Assembly: GCA_963703575.1 (NCBI GenBank)
Contig: CAVPEU010000026.1
Coordinates: 65,850 to 129,849, forward strand
DNA: 64,000 nucleotides
Origin: an uncultured Chloroflexia bacterium
GTDB taxonomy: Bacteria; Chloroflexota; Limnocylindria; Limnocylindrales; CSP1-4
Reading direction: 5' to 3'
Shown: positions 62,343 through 64,000 of the stretch, in pieces
Layout of the letters: each line of letters starts with the position of its first letter
How positions within the stretch are numbered: position 1 is the stretch's first letter
Notes under the pieces: model-generated
Told to the model about the DNA's origin: nothing
Databases searched by the model: none
What the model saw: the letters and a program-made list of their open reading frames with translations, nothing else
Made by a program: the position numbers and the translations under genes

Positions 62343-63371
62343 ATGGACGCTGCCACCGCCCCCAACCCGACCGCCGCGGACGGCGCCACACGGCTTGCCC
62401 CGGAGGCCTTCGCAGAAAGGGCACACGCGATCGAGGCCGAGATCGGCACGGTCATCGTGGGCCAGCACGAGCTGGTGAGGCAGACGCTGGTCGGCCTCCT
62501 CGCCAACAGCCACGTGCTGCTCGAGGGCGTGCCGGGCCTGGGCAAGACGATGCTCATCCGGACGATCGGCGACGTCATCGACTGCACGTTCAACCGGATC
62601 CAGTTCACGCCCGACCTCATGCCGGCCGATATCACCGGCACGAACATCCTCGTCGAGGAGGGCGGCTCGCGGGTCTTCCGGTTCCAGCCCGGCCCGGTGT
62701 TCGCCAACCTCGTGCTCGCCGACGAGATCAACCGCGCCACCCCCAAGACGCAGTCCTCGCTGCTCGAGGCCATGCAGGAGCACCAGGTCACCGTCGCGCG
62801 CAACCGTTACCCGCTGGACCCGCCGTTCTTCGTGCTCGCGACGCAGAACCCGCTCGAGATGGAGGGCACGTATCCGCTCCCCGAGGCACAGCTTGACCGG
62901 TTCCTGCTCAAGGTGATGGTCCCGTTCCCGTCCGAGGAGGACCTCGTCTCGATCATCGACCGGACCACGGGCGCGGACGGCCCGGGCGCCAGGAAGATCG
63001 CCACCGCCGCCGAGATCGTCGACATGCAGCAGCTCGCGCGCGCGGTCCCGATCGCCCCGCACGTCACCGCCTACGCGGTCTCCGTGCTCGCGGCCACGCA
63101 CCCGGACAACCGGCGCGCCCCGAACATCGTGCGCCAGTACGTGCGCTACGGCGGCTCGCCTCGCGGCGCCCAGGCGCTGGTGTCCGCAGGCAAGATCATG
63201 GCCCTCATGGACGGCCGGTTCAACGTGTCGATGGACGATGTCCGGGCGGCCGCGCTGCCCGCGCTGCGTCATCGCGTGATCCTCAACTTCGAGGGCGAGG
63301 CCGAGGGGATCACCTCCGAGGCGGTCATCCGGTCGATCCTGGACGAGGTGGCCCCGCCCGCCGTCGAGTAG
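62343..63371 (+). CDS. MoxR-family AAA+ ATPase
   Basis: VLLEGVPGLGKT is Walker A. LLADEINRATPKTQSSLLEAMQE and VLATQNPLE are also present. Confidence 0.9.
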   Translation: MDAATAPNPTAADGATRLAPEAFAERAHAIEAEIGTVIVGQHELVRQTLVGLLANSHVLLEGVPGLGKTMLIRTIGDVIDCTFNRIQFTPDLMPADITGTNILVEEGGSRVFRFQPGPVFANLVLADEINRATPKTQSSLLEAMQEHQVTVARNRYPLDPPFFVLATQNPLEMEGTYPLPEAQLDRFLLKVMVPFPSEEDLVSIIDRTTGADGPGARKIATAAEIVDMQQLARAVPIAPHVTAYAVSVLAATHPDNRRAPNIVRQYVRYGGSPRGAQALVSAGKIMALMDGRFNVSMDDVRAAALPALRHRVILNFEGEAEGITSEAVIRSILDEVAPPAVE

Positions 63372-63385
63372 GCAGGGACACGGCG

Positions 63386-64000
63386 ACCCGCGACCATGAC
63401 GACCTCCCCCACTCCGGGCACCGAGCCGGGCGAGGAGCGCCCGGCCGGGCGGCCTGCCGGTGTCCGGGCGTTTCTGCCCAACGAGCTGGACCCGACCGTC
63501 TTCGACGAGGGGTTCCTGCGCCAGCTCGAGCGACTCGGCGTGCTCATGAAGCGGCCGGTCCGGGGCGGGCTCAAGGGGGGCCGCCGGAGCGTGAAGCGCG
63601 GCCAGTCCGTGGAGTTCGCCGACTACCGGGACTACACGCTGGGCGACGATCTCCGCCAGCTCGACTGGAACGTGTACGCGCGGCTCGAGAAGCTGTTCGT
63701 GAAGCTGTTCATCGAGGAGGAGGACGTCACGATCTCCTTCCTCATCGACGCCAGCTCGTCGATGGCCTTCGGCCGGCCGCAGAAGCTGCTGTTCGCGAAG
63801 CGGGCGGCGGCGGCGCTCGGGTACATCGGCCTGGCGTCCGAGGACCGGGTCGTGGTCACGGCCCTGTCCGGGCGCACGGCGCGGCGGCAGGGCGGGCTGC
63901 GCGGCTCCGGACGCGTCCTGCGCCTGCTGGCCAACCTGTCGTCCATCCGGCCCGTGGAGGGCGAGACCGACCTCGTCACGGCAGCCCGACATGCAGCCGC
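63386..64000 (+). CDS. DUF58-domain protein (MoxR partner), 5' part; continues beyond the window end
   Basis: GGRRSVKRGQSVEFADYRDYTLGDDLRQLDWNVYARLEKLFVKLFIEEED is the DUF58 signature. Confidence 0.75.

Overview
This 64 kb window is very GC-rich, at roughly 70% or more, and looks like an actinobacterial-type chromosome segment. Because of the GC content, all six frames contain long stop-free ORFs, so most of the large ORFs in the track are artefacts. All calls below rest on conserved motifs read from the translations and on operon geometry such as ATGA/GTGA start-stop overlaps. They are not based on ORF length. The window is densely coding, mostly on the minus strand. Contents, left to right:

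- A partial modA gene and a molybdate-type regulator.
- A complete group-1 [NiFe] uptake-hydrogenase operon: small subunit, large subunit, cytochrome b and maturation protease, ending in a membrane-anchored heptaheme cytochrome c.
- tRNA-Lys.
- Two adjacent frameshifted catabolic genes, an aldehyde dehydrogenase and a thiolase.
- A split B12-dependent acyl-CoA mutase: the small subunit, MeaB and hbd sit here, and the large subunit lies 8 kb away.
- folE, threonine dehydratase, ArsR-TrxA, and several acyltransferase and methyltransferase genes.
- An LLM-oxidoreductase::UbiA-prenyltransferase fusion.
- An ECF sigma factor translationally coupled to an Ogt/Ada-Zn methyltransferase.
- A copper/metal-homeostasis patch ending at tRNA-Arg: cupredoxin lipoprotein, truncated glycogen-debranching pseudogene, YHS protein, an atypical P1B-ATPase with CSC/NEGT motifs, an atypical CsoR-like repressor, ArsR and a thioredoxin-like gene.
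- A DNA methyltransferase followed by a TPM-domain protein and PspA.
- An epimerase with a DUF1611 partner, and tRNA-Glu.
- An ABC transporter / MoxR / DUF58 / DUF4129-like membrane cluster.

Throughout the window, non-coding regions and some gene ends carry perfect or near-perfect short tandem repeats with units of 10, 18, 19, 21 and 45 bp. No CRISPR array, rRNA, transposase or integrase was seen.
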